Counted from the first letter of the stretch, positions 1 to 13,221 are shown. The stretch: 64,000 nucleotides of DNA from an uncultured Planctomycetota bacterium (GCA_963845755.1 CAWJTV010000021.1:19239-83238); one strand, 5' to 3'. Notes: generated by a model from the letters alone, not told the origin. A program made the numbers and translations.

Positions 1-448
1 GTTGGGTGCCCTGGTACGCCAAGCAATTGACCAGATATCCGCTTCCCGTCCGATCCGGCGTGAAGCTCGGGCACGCGGTCACGAACAAGGCAGAAAGGGC
101 CGGCAGATACAACAAGACCGCGAAGGCACCCGTGATCATCAGCAAGGCGGTCCGGCGCGGGTAGACCGGAAATGACCCCTGGCGGATCGCATCGGTCGTC
201 GAGGTCACATGACTGAGGAACGCAAACGCGAAGAAGCTCCAGCCGACCCAGGTTCCCCATGTCAATATCCCGGCCGCCACCGCGAAGGCGAACGAGCCCA
301 GCAGGACCCAGCCGCGCTCGCGTTGTCCCCAGGCGAACTGCGGCCAGCCGGGGACGAGTACCCGCGCCCCGGCCGGGGAATCGAATGGGAGACGGTCGAG
401 CGGCCAACTCTTGCCTCGAGCCGAAACACGCCTGATGGCGCGGGTCAT
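1..448 (-). CDS. Hypothetical membrane protein, runs off window edge
   Basis: Manual translation from ATG at 448: ...LVPGWPQFAWGQRERGWVLLGSFAFAVAAGILTWGTWVGWSFFAFAFL..., several hydrophobic segments, no stop before base 1. Confidence 0.6.
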   Translation of the reverse strand, partial: MTRAIRRVSARGKSWPLDRLPFDSPAGARVLVPGWPQFAWGQRERGWVLLGSFAFAVAAGILTWGTWVGWSFFAFAFLSHVTSTTDAIRQGSFPVYPRRTALLMITGAFAVLLYLPALSALFVTACPSFTPDRTGSGYLVNCLAYQGTQ

Positions 449-811
449 TAGTGGTTCCCTCGTATCAGGATGATCGCCGAACCGGGAGTGCACCGATCCG
501 AAGCTAGGCCGGAAAGTCAAGCGGGCTGGGAGGGCGAATAAACCAGGGATCGCGATCCTGTCCTCATTCTCAATGGATAGGACACCGTCCCTTGAGTATA
601 TCTCGGCGTCAGGAACGTTCGCTATGCCCCCTCCCAAATAGCTTTTCGGGCGCCGGAATGAAAAATTCCAGGCGCCCCTCCCGGATCGGCGGTTCGGGCG
701 GAGCCCTCGCCAGAGTCCGCGCCGGCCGGGAAAAACGGGGAATTCCCCACGGAATCCGCCAACCGCACCCATCCGGAGTGCGTATAATCCCATTAACGAC
801 CCGGTTAGGGC

Positions 812-839
812 TTGACCTCATGTGGGGGGTCGTTAGAAT
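812..839 (+). promoter_or_regulatory. Candidate sigma70 promoter for fusA
   Basis: TTGACC-N16-TAGAAT; overlapped by inverted repeat TAACGACCC (794-802) / GGGTCGTTA (827-835). Confidence 0.45.
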
Positions 840-1077
840 ATCTTGCTCGCATTCACAAGGTCTACTTGGACTCTTCCCATGCCTCACACCAAAATGGATT
901 AGTGTCTTACAGATCGGTTTTGGTGTGCCCCCGATTCTCGCCCCTGGCATGCCCTTCAGCCCGCGTTGGAACGGCGGGTTGATCTGAACCCGTCTTAATC
1001 ACTGACGACGTGGGTTCGTGGCCCCGGTCAAAGGGCGTTCCACCCTTTGCTCGACGGCTGCTGAGTGTACTTCGATC

Positions 1078-3168
1078 ATGGAAAACCTTCGCAACGTACG
1101 CAATATCGGCATCTCGGCGCACATCGACTCGGGCAAGACCACGCTGACCGAGCGGGTCCTGTATTACACCGGCCGCACCCACGTGATCAAGGAGGTCAAG
1201 GGTGAGGGGGCGGTGATGGACCACATGGAGCTGGAGCGCGAGCGCGGGATCACGATCACCTCGGCGGCCACCACGGTCCACTGGGAAGACCACAAGATCA
1301 ATATCATCGACACTCCGGGCCACGTGGATTTCACGGTCGAGGTCGAGCGATCGCTGCGCGTCCTCGACGGGGCCGTGCTGGTCCTCTGCGCGGTAGCCGG
1401 GGTGCAATCGCAGTCAATCACGGTCGATCGCCAGATGAAGCGATACGCGGTGCCGCGGATCGCCTTCATCAACAAGATGGACCGCACCGGCGCCAACCCG
1501 GCCAATGTGATCCAGCAGCTCGAGACCAAGCTTGGCTTGACGGCCATTCCGCTGCAACTTCCGATCGGGTTGGAGTCGAATTTCGCGGGAGTGATCGACC
1601 TGATCGATCGTAAGGCAGTCTACTTCGATGGCGAGAAGGGGGAGACGGTCCGGGTCGAGCCAATCCCGGCCGACATGGTCGAGGCGGCCGAGCGCGCCCG
1701 CCAGGGGATGCTCGAGGCCCTCTCGATGCTCTCCGACGAGATCATGGGCCTGCTCCTGGAGGAGCAGGAGGTTCCTCTGGAGCTGATCCACAAGACGATC
1801 CGCGAGGGGACGATCGCCCAGCAGATCTGCCCGGTGATGGTGGGAACGGCCTATCGCAACAAGGGGGTCCAGTCCCTGCTCGACGCGGTGAACCGGTACC
1901 TGCCCAGCCCGCTAGACCGCGAGATCTTCGCCAAGGACCATTCCAACGGCGGGGCCGAGATGCCGCTGGCTCCCGACCCCGATGCGCCCCTGGTCGCCAT
2001 GGCGTTCAAGCTGGTGGAGGAGCCATTCGGACAGGTCACGTTCGTCCGGATCTATCAGGGTACGCTCGCGAAGGGGAGCTTTTACTATAACACCCGGCAG
2101 AAGAAGCGGGCGCGAATCAGCCGCATCCTCCGCGTCCACGCCGATCAGAAAGAAGACATCAGCTCGGCCTCCGCGGGCGACATCGTGGCCGTGATGGGCA
2201 TCGAGTGCGCCACCGGCGACACGTATTGCTCCGAGGGGAGCGAACTCTCGCTGGAGAGCATCTACGCCGCCGAGCCGGTCATCGACCTGTCGATCCAGCC
2301 GGCCAAGCGCGCCGACTACGATAAACTCGCCAAGGCCCTCAACCGGTTCATGCGCGAGGACCCGACGTTCCGCGTCCACGTCGACCACGAGACCAGCGAG
2401 ACGATCATCTCGGGGATGGGCGAGCTCCACCTGGAGATCTACGTCGAACGGATCCGCCGCGAGTACAAGGTCGAGTGCACCGTCGGGGCACCGAAGGTCA
2501 GCTATCGCGAGGCGCCCACCCGCGAGACCCCGTTCAACTACAAGCACAAGAAGCAGACCGGCGGAGCGGGGCAATACGCCCACATCGTCGGCAAACTGAT
2601 CCCCCTGGACCCGCAGTCGCCCGAGGCGTTCGTCTTCGAAAACAAGGTCACCGGCGGCCGGATCCCCACGGAGTACATCCCCTCGGTGGAGAAGGGCTTC
2701 CGCGAATCGATGCATAAGGGACCGGTCGCTGGCTACGAGGTCATGGGCGTCCACATGCGGCTCGAGGACGGCACGTACCACGATGTCGATTCCTCGACCA
2801 TGGCCTTCGAGATCTGCGCCCGCGACTGCTTCCGCGAGACCTTCAAGAAGGCCGATCCGGTCCTTCTCGAGCCGATCATGAAGGTCGAGGTCGAGATCCC
2901 GACCGAATTCCAGGGCCCGGTCACCGGCGCACTCTCGGCGAAGCGGGGCGTCATCCTCGGCACTGAATCCCGCTCGGGTTACACCGTCATCACAGCGGAA
3001 GTCCCCCTCGCCGAGATGTTCGGCTACTCCAACGACTTGAGGAGCTCGACCCAGGGCAAGGGTAGCTTCAGTATGGAGTTCCTCAAGTACCAGAAGGTGC
3101 CCTCGCGATTCCAGGAAGAGATCGTCAAGAAGGCTCAGACCCTGGCCAAGGTCGGCGCCAAGGGTTGA
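1078..3168 (+). CDS. fusA: Elongation factor G (stand-alone, mtEFG1/spdEFG1-like)
   Basis: [47 protein letters not shown] motifs. Confidence 0.97.
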   Translation: MENLRNVRNIGISAHIDSGKTTLTERVLYYTGRTHVIKEVKGEGAVMDHMELERERGITITSAATTVHWEDHKINIIDTPGHVDFTVEVERSLRVLDGAVLVLCAVAGVQSQSITVDRQMKRYAVPRIAFINKMDRTGANPANVIQQLETKLGLTAIPLQLPIGLESNFAGVIDLIDRKAVYFDGEKGETVRVEPIPADMVEAAERARQGMLEALSMLSDEIMGLLLEEQEVPLELIHKTIREGTIAQQICPVMVGTAYRNKGVQSLLDAVNRYLPSPLDREIFAKDHSNGGAEMPLAPDPDAPLVAMAFKLVEEPFGQVTFVRIYQGTLAKGSFYYNTRQKKRARISRILRVHADQKEDISSASAGDIVAVMGIECATGDTYCSEGSELSLESIYAAEPVIDLSIQPAKRADYDKLAKALNRFMREDPTFRVHVDHETSETIISGMGELHLEIYVERIRREYKVECTVGAPKVSYREAPTRETPFNYKHKKQTGGAGQYAHIVGKLIPLDPQSPEAFVFENKVTGGRIPTEYIPSVEKGFRESMHKGPVAGYEVMGVHMRLEDGTYHDVDSSTMAFEICARDCFRETFKKADPVLLEPIMKVEVEIPTEFQGPVTGALSAKRGVILGTESRSGYTVITAEVPLAEMFGYSNDLRSSTQGKGSFSMEFLKYQKVPSRFQEEIVKKAQTLAKVGAKG

Positions 3169-3701
3169 GCGGACTCATCCCGGGGCGGCTGAACGTCACA
3201 GACGGGTCGGAGATCGAAAACGGAATCGGTTCCCGACCCGTGACGCTTTCCCTGATCGCTTAACACTTTTGGCAGACACGCGCACGCCGGAAGGATCTCC
3301 CGACGAAGAGTCTGGCGTGGCCTCGGGGCGTAACCTCAACAGAGATTCCGAACTCCCGATTCCCAGGGGTCTGGTCTGGGAATCCGACATTCCGGCGTTT
3401 TGCGCACGACGCAGGAGTCTTCCCGGCGCAGGCTCAACGCGCGATCGCCGTTTTCATGCGCGTCAAGCCAGTCCACGAAACACATCGAGGGCCACGCCGT
3501 CAACCGAGAGCGGGGTACCGAATCGCCTGTTCCCGAGTCTGTGGTAATCGCCATCGGGGTCACCCGGGATTCGCGTCATGCGTTCTACCCGCTTGGCCGG
3601 GAGCGGGGAGCTGACTTAGAATGGTCGTCTGGGACTTTCGTCGTTGACGGGGTCCTGCGTGACCGTTCCTGACCGATCGATCCCAGAGAGGATTCTCCCG
3701 C

Positions 3702-6475
3702 ATGTGCACCCAACATCGGCAATCATCGATCGGGACGCGGCTCCCGCGGAGTTTCGGGCCTTTGGTCATCGTGCTGGTGGCGCTGTGGGTCACGGCCGGG
3801 CGCGGCGAGGACCAGCCGACGAGCCCGCCGCCGCAGGCGGTGCTGAACCTGGCCAACGGCGGTTACGCGGCCGGTGAGATCCGGCCGTCGACCCAACCGG
3901 CAGTCCTGCGCTGGCAGGCCGAGTCGTTCGTCTCGCCGTTCGATTTCGCCTGGAACGAGGTGAACGCCGTGCAGTGGCCGCCGCCGGCCACGCAGGCCAA
4001 ACCCGGGGGTGACTACTGCTTCGAGCTGGCCGCCGGTGACGTGTTGTTCGGCTCGCTGCTGGCCCTGGACGACCAGAGGGCCGAGCTGGATATACCGCGG
4101 CTGGGCCGCATCCACGTTCAACGATCCAACCTCCATCGCGTCTACCGATGGCGGGATGGTGCCGATTTGATCTATGTCGGTCCCAACGGCCTGGTCGGCT
4201 GGCGCGAGCCGACGGGCCAGAAGAACTGGCGCGACGACTCGGGCCAACCGATGACCGACCGGGAAGGCGCGTCGATCCGGGGCGACTTCGGGCTCCCCGA
4301 TCGCGCCAGTATCGAGTTCGAGATCTCCTGGAAATCCAAGCCGGACTTCGTTTTCGCCCTGGGCGTGGACGACAAGGAGAACACGGTCAAGCGGGCCTTC
4401 CGGTTCGAGGCCTGGGGCGGCGACCTGGTCGTCCAGCGCGAGCTCGAGCAGGAGGCGGACCTGGCGGTCGTGCAGGAGGTCGCGCCGGGCCCCGGCCGGA
4501 CCCATCTTCAGGCGTACCTCGACCAGGAAAAGGGGCGGATCCTGGTGTTCTCGCCCGGTGGCAAGCAGTTGGCCGACCTCAAGGTCGTCGGCACCAAGCC
4601 GACCGTGCTGACGGGGCTGTACCTGGCGAACATCCGGGGCGACGTGCGCCTGGAGTGGCTGAGAATCGGCCGATGGAACGGCGAGATTCCTCGCGAGGTG
4701 CGCACCGATAAGGCGCGGATCCACCGCGCCGACGGCTCGATCCTCTACGGTCAACTGACTGCCCTGGACTCCAGCTCGAAGGAATTCGTCTTCAAGACCG
4801 AGAAGGGTGAGTCTCGGGTCCCGGAGAAGCAGACTTCCAGCGTTTTCCTCTCGGTCCCCCGGGATGAGGCGCCTCGGATGATCCGAGCCGTCTACCAGGA
4901 CGGCACGCGCGTCAGCGGCGAGCTGAGCAAGGTGGAGGACGGCGCGCTCGCCATGACGGTACCCGGGATCCCGAAACCGTTGCGACTCCCGCTGGCCGGG
5001 CTCCGATCGCTGGTGGTCCTCCGCCACGACAACGCGGAGCTGAAGATCGCCTCGGCGGCCCGGCTCGAGATGGAGGGCATCCACCTGAGTGGCCGGTTGG
5101 TCAACGGACGCGAACGGCCCGACGCGAGCTGCCTGACGTGGCACCCCGTCGGCAGCGCGACCGCCAGTCCGTTGCGACCCGGGACGTCGGGAAAGATCGT
5201 CTATCGAGAGCCCCCCCACCGCGTACTCAGCAGGTCGCCGTGAACCAACGGCGTGTCCAGCAAAATGGTGCCGGCGGCTTCGCACTTCGCTTCGCCCAGG
5301 CCCTTGCCGAGGCCCCTTCGACCGATTCGACCGCGGAGCGCCGGTCGCTGTTCCTTCGCAGTGGAGACGTCATCCCTTCTGTGATCACCGGCATCAACGA
5401 AGAGGGCGTGACGTTCCAGACGTCGATGTCCAGCAGCACGTTCGTCTCCCACGACAAGGTCAAGGCCGTAGAGCTGGCCCCCGAGTCCACTCCGGTCGCG
5501 GTCCGGCTGAGTTCGACGAAGCGCGTGCGATTGCTTACGGTTCCCCGGATGCAGAAGGCCACGCCGCCTACCCACCTGATCCGCTCCAAGAACGGCGACT
5601 ACCTGCGCGGGCGGGTCGTGCTGATGGACCAGAAGCGGCTGCAGGTCGAGACCCGTCTGGAGAGCAAGGACCTGCCGCGCGACCGGATCTCGCGGATCAT
5701 CTGGATGCACGCCGACGAGATCGATCCCTCGAAGAAGCCGGTCCCGGCGTCGCGCGCCACCCGAGTGCAAGCGGTCCGCAACGACGGCGTCCGCGTCACG
5801 TTCTGGCCCGAACAGGTCGCGAACGACACGTTATCGGGCAAGAGCGACGTGCTTGGTGCCTGTCGCGTGCGCATCGGCGATGTGGACCAGTTCCTCTTCG
5901 GCAGCGGCATCGAGGCGGCGGCCGCCCTTCTCACTTACGGGCAATGGAAGCTCCAGAACGCCCCCGAGCCCACGCTCCCCTCCGACGGAGGCGCGGGCGG
6001 CGGCAACGGCACTGAGTCGCCACTGGTCGGCAAGCCGGCCCCCGACTTCGAGCTGGACCTCCTGGACGGGAAGCGGTTCCACCTGGCCGACGCCAAGGGA
6101 AAGGTCGTCGTGCTCGACTTCTGGGCTACCTGGTGCGGTCCCTGCATCCAGGCGATGCCGCAGGTCGAGAAGGCCGCCGGCTCGTTCCCGGAGAAGGATG
6201 TCCTACTTGTTGCCGTGAACCTCCAGGAATCGCCCGCGGAGATCAAGGCCATGATGGAGCGGCACCAGCTCCACGCGCCGCGGGTCGCCCTCGACAAGGA
6301 CGGCTTGATTGCCGAGAAGTACCAGGCCAACGCCATTCCCCAGACGGTCATCATCGGCCGCGAGGGGAACGTCGCGCGGTTGTTCGTCGGTGGCAGCTCG
6401 GACCTTGAAGACCGGCTCAAGGACGCAATCAAGGCCACACTCTCGGGCGAGAAGCCGGAAGAGACGAAGAAGTAG
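3702..6475 (+). CDS. Large exported protein with C-terminal TlpA/ResA-type thioredoxin domain (frameshift ~5215)
   Basis: ORFs 3702-5243 and 5138-6475 join at a C7 run; signal-peptide-like N-terminus; GKPAPDFEL...LDFWATWCGPC. Confidence 0.8.
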
Positions 6476-6645
6476 CAGACCGAGCGCTCGGCGAGGGTGA
6501 GGCGCGAACTGGGCCCGACGTCGTTCAGCTCTAAAGCGGAGCTCTGGAGGTATCCGGAGTGACGTCGATCGTCTCGTAGAGTTCGCTTTGTCCATGTATC
6601 GCACCGGGTCGAGCAGCAGCATCGAAAACCGGTACGCAGGACTTC

Positions 6646-6906
6646 GTGATGTGGGTCCGGAGTATCCGTTTCATTCTGGCGCCGCCGATCATCCTCGCGG
6701 GCCTGTTCTTCATTTTCCTTCCGTTTGGATTCGCAACCATGTTGGATGGCGACCCCGATAAACCGTTGGGTTGGCCTGACTATCTCCGCATCGTAATCAC
6801 GAGCCGAGATGGCGTTGGAACTTTGGCGATCGGTATGGTTGCCATTATTCTCGGAATTTACATTGCGTCTCCAGGACGTTCTGCTACCCCGGGACCTCAC
6901 AGATGA
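6646..6906 (+). CDS. Small hypothetical membrane protein
   Basis: 86 aa with two hydrophobic segments. Confidence 0.45.
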   Translation: MMWVRSIRFILAPPIILAGLFFIFLPFGFATMLDGDPDKPLGWPDYLRIVITSRDGVGTLAIGMVAIILGIYIASPGRSATPGPHR

Positions 6907-7293
6907 CGCGAAGATCGTATAGTGAGGTTGAGCGTCTCGCAGCGGCGTGAGGCACGCCGATTTCCTGTCCACGTCGAAGGTGTTCTCGCTGCGAAGAATC
7001 GCATATCGACTCGACCCAATGACGGTTCGATCCAATCGGCCGCCAACGGCGCTCGATCCCGCAATCAACTCAGGGCCACTACAGCGGCCAAGCCGGTGAG
7101 AGCGACCACCGTCACCATGCCTGAAGCGAGACCCGTGGGATCGCTCTCGACCATCGATACCAAAATATAACTCGGGTAGGGCGGTCCTCCATTTCCGGTT
7201 GAAGCAAAGCATTTCAAGTGGCGTGAGCGCACGGATTGCGTCGAGGGAGAGTTATTCGCATTCAGGGACAAACACGCAGGAGTCAACCCGCGA

Positions 7294-7749
7294 CTACCGC
7301 GCCGAAAACGATTCTTCGAGATCCTGCCCGTCGATCTTCACGCGGATTCTTCCTGCAAGACCACCGGGAAAGCTGCTTGCCGCCGAGACGAAGCGGTTGG
7401 GTGTGGTCGGGTCGGCATCAAGAGCCACGGTCCTGAGGTCGGCGGTTTTCGATCGGAGACTTTCGAGCTCGAAAACAACTTCGGTTGGGGGCGGGGTCAT
7501 GGGGGTTGAACCGTCGTTTTGGAAAAAGACGGCGACGATCTTCGTTGTCCGCAGCTTCGTTTTCACCGCACCAGAGGGATTCGCCATTTCCGTCTTGATC
7601 GCAACCAAGCCCGCGTCGTGCGGTAAGCGAACCATCGCGCCGCCGACTGGAGAAGGTTTAACCGTCGCCTTCTGATTGCCCGACTCAGCACCACATCCGA
7701 TGATTGAGCTGAGGGAAAACAAGACAAGCCAGAGGCAGTTCGAACGCAT
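7294..7749 (-). CDS. Hypothetical lipoprotein downstream of DUF1559 gene
   Basis: MRSNCLWLVLFSLSSIIGC lipobox-like signal. Confidence 0.65.
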   Translation of the reverse strand: MRSNCLWLVLFSLSSIIGCGAESGNQKATVKPSPVGGAMVRLPHDAGLVAIKTEMANPSGAVKTKLRTTKIVAVFFQNDGSTPMTPPPTEVVFELESLRSKTADLRTVALDADPTTPNRFVSAASSFPGGLAGRIRVKIDGQDLEESFSAR

Positions 7750-7848
7750 TTTGATTTGATGCTCCTTACAATAAACAAGTAAATGACCAGCGTAAACTAC
7801 GTCGAAGCACACCAACAGAATAAAAGCAGAAATTGCCTTTCAACTGAC

Positions 7849-7871
7849 GCCCGGGGCTTGCGGCCCCGGGC
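7849..7871. terminator. GC-rich hairpin after DUF1559 gene
   Basis: GCCCGGGGC-TTGCG-GCCCCGGGC perfect 9-bp stem; no clear U-tract. Confidence 0.4.
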
Positions 7872-7913
7872 AATCAGGCTGGCTCACGCTAGCAATTCAA
7901 TCTTGATAATCAA

Positions 7914-9064
7914 TCAATAAGCATCAGAACTGATGACTTCTCCCGCGGCCCTGGTACCAAGGCTCCACCAGACGTTGCGGGCGATCGAATCCTTGACGAA
8001 CCGAACGCTGCCGTCGGCGAACAGGGTGTTGACTCCCGCAGGGTGGAAGCTGGTGGCGGGGAGGGAATTGCTGCCGTTGTCGCTCTGGCTCGGGTTACCC
8101 TGGCCTCGGCAGACGTTCACGGGATACTGATGGTCGTTCGGCGTCTGGGCGACGTTGAAGGCGGACCCTTCGGAGAACGATGCCCAGAACCATCCGCGGT
8201 GGCTCGTGATGAGCACTGAGTTCGGGTTTGCAAACTCCGCGGCGCAAAGTTGTAGGCCGGTGTAGGTGTTCGCCAAGTTGGAGGCGCTCGACGTAAAGTC
8301 GTCATACTGATAAGGCAGCGCGGCGTTGACCACGACGCCATTGCCGCGGTAGTGGCTGCCGGGCGTCGAGGTGCCGATGCCACGGCCATGGGCGCTCTCG
8401 TTGCCCTTATTGTCACCAACAAGCGCTTCGGCGAAGAGCAGGGTGTTCGAGGTACCGTCGGTCGCGCTTTGTATCCCGTAGCTCAACCACACGGCGAACA
8501 TCCCGGTGCTGCCATGGCCGTCGGCGTTCTGCATGCTGGTGTATGGCGAGGTATCCAGACCGCTCGGCCAGTCGGTCGTGGTACCATAGCAAGCATGATA
8601 GTTATTGAGCCCAGTTTGCCCGACATATGGATCGGAAGGACACATATATTGATTAATCTTTGTGAGGATGGCAGTCGCATTCTGGGGCGCTGGAGTGTTG
8701 TCGTGAATCTCTTCCGCCATGTTGAAATTAATGGCGTTGTAGAGCGCCGATTGTTCCGTGAACGGCAGCGACGTCGCGAGTGTGCTCCATCCGCGCCAGT
8801 CGGCATAGCCAGGGCAGGTCGAAGCAGGATCGGCGTTGCAATTCTTGGACGCGGCCATCGGGAACACGCCGTTGGCACTGTGATAGTTGTGCATGGCCAG
8901 CCCGATTTGTTTGAGGTTATTGGTGCACTGGATGCGACGGGCGGCTTCGCCGCGGATTGTACGGCGGGCAAAAGCAGCGCGATCAACACGGCGATGATCG
9001 CGATGACGACCAAGAGTTCGATCAAGGTGAAGCCTGAAGTCGTACGACGATCGGAACGTTCCAT
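7914..9064 (-). CDS. DUF1559 (prepilin-type N-terminus, H-X9-DG C-terminus) protein, frameshift ~8950
   Basis: [46 protein letters not shown]. Confidence 0.9.
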
Positions 9065-9434
9065 GGCGTTAATTCTCCGGGGGATGCGCCCCGACCAAGG
9101 CCGGGGAACAGATAGGCCCTTCGATCACAGGAGCCGTTTTATAGCACAAGTTAGCGAAATAATAAAGTAAATGTTCGGTTAATAGCTTATGATGGTCTTA
9201 AGTAGCTCAGTGAAAATCGCTTTGCCTCGTCGCTTGGTCGGTTTCCCAAGTGGTTCCAGGGAACGGTCCACGTGAAGCTTAACGGCGAAGAGGTTGAGGA
9301 GTCGTTCTCCACGCTGTGACAGGACGGCTAGATGAAGGGCCTTCTTCGGTCCCAGCATGCGAGCGGTTCCTCGACTCCTTCACGAGACGACCGTCCGACC
9401 TGGGTCCTTCCGACCGCGGGGTCTCTCCGACTCT

Positions 9435-11991
9435 TTATCGAGCCGTTTTGTCCGAACCCTCCGCCCGGTAGGCAATTGCCCGCCGGACCGCCGGAGGAAG
9501 CGGTGCGTTCTTTCCCTTGATCGACCGCCAGAGGATTTCGTTGAGCTCGAAGTCGTCGATCTTGTCGTACTCGTCGAAGTTCATGCGGGCAGACCGATCG
9601 GCGCCGTAGGCCGTTGTTGTATTGAGTTCGTTCACATTGATTCGGGCGGGCTCGTGAGTATACGTCGCGAGATCGGCTTGATCGGTGAACGCGTCGAATA
9701 GGGGCCGGGCTGCCGCGTCATACTGGGACAGCGGGGGAAGTCCCAGGATCAACTCCATCGTGCGGATCATGCCGACCGTACTGTACTGGTTGCTGTCGAG
9801 ATACCTGCGTTTGGTGTAGGGGCTGATGACCAGTCCAATGGTCCGATGCGCGTCAACGTGATCCGGCCCGTTCTGAGCATCATCTTCGATGACGAATATC
9901 GCGATCTCGGGCCAGTATTTGCTCCTGGTGACGGCGTCAACGATCCGCCCGAGAGCCAGGTCGTTGCTAGCCACACAGGCCTTCGGGGTAAAGGTGCCGG
10001 GTCGAGTGCCCGTGGTGTGATCCTCTCCCAGGCTCATGATCATGAGCCGGGGAAGGTTGCCGTTCTCCTCGAATCCGCGGAATTCTCGGAGGAAGGCTTC
10101 TCGCATTGTCGGTGTCGCGTGCACGCCGGCCGCGCACCCGTGAAAGGCCATAATCGGGGCACATGTGGCCGATCAGACCGGGCACCGCTCCTTCCATCCG
10201 GAACGATCCATCCGGCTGGCTGACCCGGCGTCCGAACTCGCCATAATTGCGATAGGCATAGCCGGCGCAGGCGCAGGCATCCCAGAGATAGCCCGAGGGC
10301 GCATTGGAAAGGTCTCCTTCGTCATCGTCTTCGATCCCGGACCGGCTCGAGTAGGTCAAAGCCCAGTTGCGGGCTACGTAGTCCGTATGGTAGGCCATGG
10401 TCAACCAGGGGTGGCCGTCCGCCGAGACGTGCCCGTTGCAATACAGGTTATCCATCAGCACGAACTCCTCGGCGAGCTTGTGCTGGTTGGGAGTCACCTC
10501 GCGACCGAACATCACCAGCGAGGGATCGCCATTGCCACGAGGGATGTCACCGAAGACCTGGTCGTAGGTCCGGTTCTCCTTGATGATGTAAAGGACATGC
10601 TTGATCGGCGACGGATCTCCGACCTTGGTCGGAATGGCTGTTTTTCGGGAGTAGGGGGCGTTGGTGAGCAACTTGTCGGAATACGGGCAATTCTTGTAGA
10701 CCGTCTCGGTATACTCGGCGAGTGTCTTATCGTCGGGCACTGGGACGATCGTAAGCGATCCGGAGAGCGTTGCACCAACGTGAGGGTGTCGGGGATCGCG
10801 GTCTGTCCGCTCCTTCGTCATTTCCGCCCTGGCTTTCGCCTCGTACTCGGATTTCAACTTGCCAAGGAGGGCCGCGGGGATCGGGTTCGCCCTGGATTGA
10901 AGCCCTTTGCCGACCCCGATCAGGAGCTGTTTGCCGTCGGGGCTGACCGCCACGGCCGTCGGGTACCAGCCGGTCGGAATGAATCCCTTCACCTGGCTCC
11001 GGTCGGGTATGGCGATGTCGATGACGGCGACATCGTTATTGTCAGCGTTGGCCACGAAGAGCGTCTTGCCATCGGGCGCGATCGTCAGCGCGACCGGGGT
11101 GCTTCCCTCGGGGGCCCTCGGAAACAAAGCCGTGTGAATCGTTTCGGTGACGATCCCGCGCCGGGTTTCGATCACCGAGACGCAGTCGCTCGAGGCACAC
11201 GCGACGAAGATGCGATCGTCCCTGGGATGAACGGCGATCTGGTTAGGATGCTCGCCCACAGCAATCTTGGAGACGGTTCGGAGATCGCCTATTCGGAGGA
11301 CTCTCACGACACGTCCGGCCCAATCGGAGACGAAGAGCTGCTCGCCGTTGCGAGACAGGGCGACATCATAAGGCCGCGTGCCTGCCGTCGCGGTTTTCAG
11401 CTCCTCGCGACCCGTCAGGTCAAGAGCGGAGATCGTGCCGCCATCCACGTCCAGCGAATACAGCACCTTGCGAGCCGAGTCGAGCGCGAGACCACCGCGA
11501 AAGTGGGATCGTGCTTTCTTTTCCGCTCCCGGAGACCGGGCTGGTAGTTCCAGGTCTTCCGCGGGGCCCAGTCTACCATCCAGCAGGTGAAACGCGTGTA
11601 CCGTGTTTCCTCCGCCCCCCGACCACCAGATCTTGTCGCCTTCAGGCGATAGGGCCAGACCGAACCAACTCTGCCGGACCTCCTGATGATCGATCACCTT
11701 CTTCTGATTTATGTCGATGAGTGACAGTTCATGGGCGTTGTAACCGCTGGTGGCGACGAGGACCTGGCGATTGTCCGCCAGGGGGAAGATGTTCAGCGGC
11801 AAGTCGGATTGCGGAATATGTTGACCGGCGGGCTTCAAGGTCCACCCATTCGGAAGGAGAAATCCCCGGTCCGTCGGCCCCGAAAAACGGGGAGCGTCCT
11901 GGGCTCGAGCCGGGGGCATTACGATCAAGGTCAGCACCCAGGCCGCAACACTTGCCCGAACGGCGGAAAACACGATCCGTCGATTTCTCAT
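9435..11991 (-). CDS. YVTN/YncE beta-propeller plus phosphoesterase (alkaline-phosphatase superfamily) protein, frameshift ~10100
   Basis: IAVGEHPNQ, IPTGWYP, IIKENRTYDQVFGD, EDDAQNGPDHVDAHR. Confidence 0.85.
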
Positions 11992-12254
11992 GGAACTGAC
12001 CACTCCACACGAAGGATGTCGCTTTGGGTCGCATCAACCAGCAAACATAGTGAACGATCACGGCTGGCTCGTCCAATGAGGTTTCGATGGAGATTTAGTT
12101 CGGCTTCGAAGAAGGATGGCCAATAATCGTGATCCCCGAATGCGAGCCAAGAATTCATCAATTATTTACTTTGCCATGGTCGTTCCTGGCATATAATCGA
12201 CCGACTATCGAACTTCGAGCGGTTCCGGCATCTGCGGGCCATGAGGACGGGCTG

Positions 12255-13190
12255 ATGAGACGATTCGAAGTCGGGCGGCGGGGTTTGCATCCGAGAGGCT
12301 TTACCCTGATCGAGCTCCTGGTGGTCATCGCGATCATCAGTGTGCTGATCGCCCTACTCTTGCCGGCCGTGCAGGCCGCGCGAGAGGGGGCCAGGCGGGC
12401 GTCCTGCCAGAATAACCTCAAGCAGATCGGCCTGGCCATGCATAATTACCAATCGATCAACGATGTCTTCCCGATCGGGTACGTCGCCTGGGCGAACGCG
12501 GACACGAACGTCACGTCACCGGGCTGGGGCTGGGCCTCCGCAGTCCTACCGCAGATGGAGCAGCAAGTGCTCTACAGCGCGACGAATCTCGCCTTGCCTA
12601 TCGAGAATCCGAGCAACCTCACGAGCCGGACCACGACATTGGGAGTTCTCGTCTGCCCGACCGACCGGTTCACGGGCCGGTTCGCGGTGACCGACGCCAA
12701 TAACCAGCCGATCGCCGACGCCGAGACGAACAGCTACGCGGGCAATTTTGGGCGAGACGTCAATATCTCCAAGAGCCCCGAGGGCGGCAATGGCCTTCTG
12801 ATGCGCAATCATGCCTATGGGGCACGTGACGTGATCGACGGGATGAGTCAGACCGTCCTTGCCGGTGAGCGGGGTAGTGTTCTCACTCAGGTCCCCTGGG
12901 CCGGTGCGATCAACGGGGGAATCTGCCGCGTCACGCCCGGTTCGCCCAGCCTGAGCACCAGGACCAAGACCGCGCCGATCGAGCCCTTGGCCCGCGCGGA
13001 TACCGGCGGCGGCACCTCGGACAACCTCTTCTTCGACCCCGACGACTTCTTCGGTCCCCATCCCGCCGGCCTCTACTTCCTCCGATGCGACGGGTCGGTC
13101 CTTTTCATCAAGACGGGCATCACTCCGAACGTCTACGGCGCCCTGTGTAGCCGGAATCTTGGGGAGGTCGTCAGCTCCGACAGTTTCTAA
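12255..13190 (+). CDS. DUF1559 family protein
   Basis: [47 protein letters not shown]...CDGSV. Confidence 0.92.
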   Translation: MRRFEVGRRGLHPRGFTLIELLVVIAIISVLIALLLPAVQAAREGARRASCQNNLKQIGLAMHNYQSINDVFPIGYVAWANADTNVTSPGWGWASAVLPQMEQQVLYSATNLALPIENPSNLTSRTTTLGVLVCPTDRFTGRFAVTDANNQPIADAETNSYAGNFGRDVNISKSPEGGNGLLMRNHAYGARDVIDGMSQTVLAGERGSVLTQVPWAGAINGGICRVTPGSPSLSTRTKTAPIEPLARADTGGGTSDNLFFDPDDFFGPHPAGLYFLRCDGSVLFIKTGITPNVYGALCSRNLGEVVSSDSF

Positions 13191-13221
13191 CCAACGCAAT
13201 CGAGTGAGCCGGAGCTCGGGA

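Noticed and set aside
3723..5285. Long antisense ORFs (also 10165-11547, 35026-36405, 52189-53649, 57475-58704, 62606-63952)
   Set aside because: Shadow frames of real genes in high-GC DNA; no recognisable motifs
6907..7290. Possible small gene between convergent CDSs
   Set aside because: Only a short hydrophobic stretch interrupted by stops; not supportable
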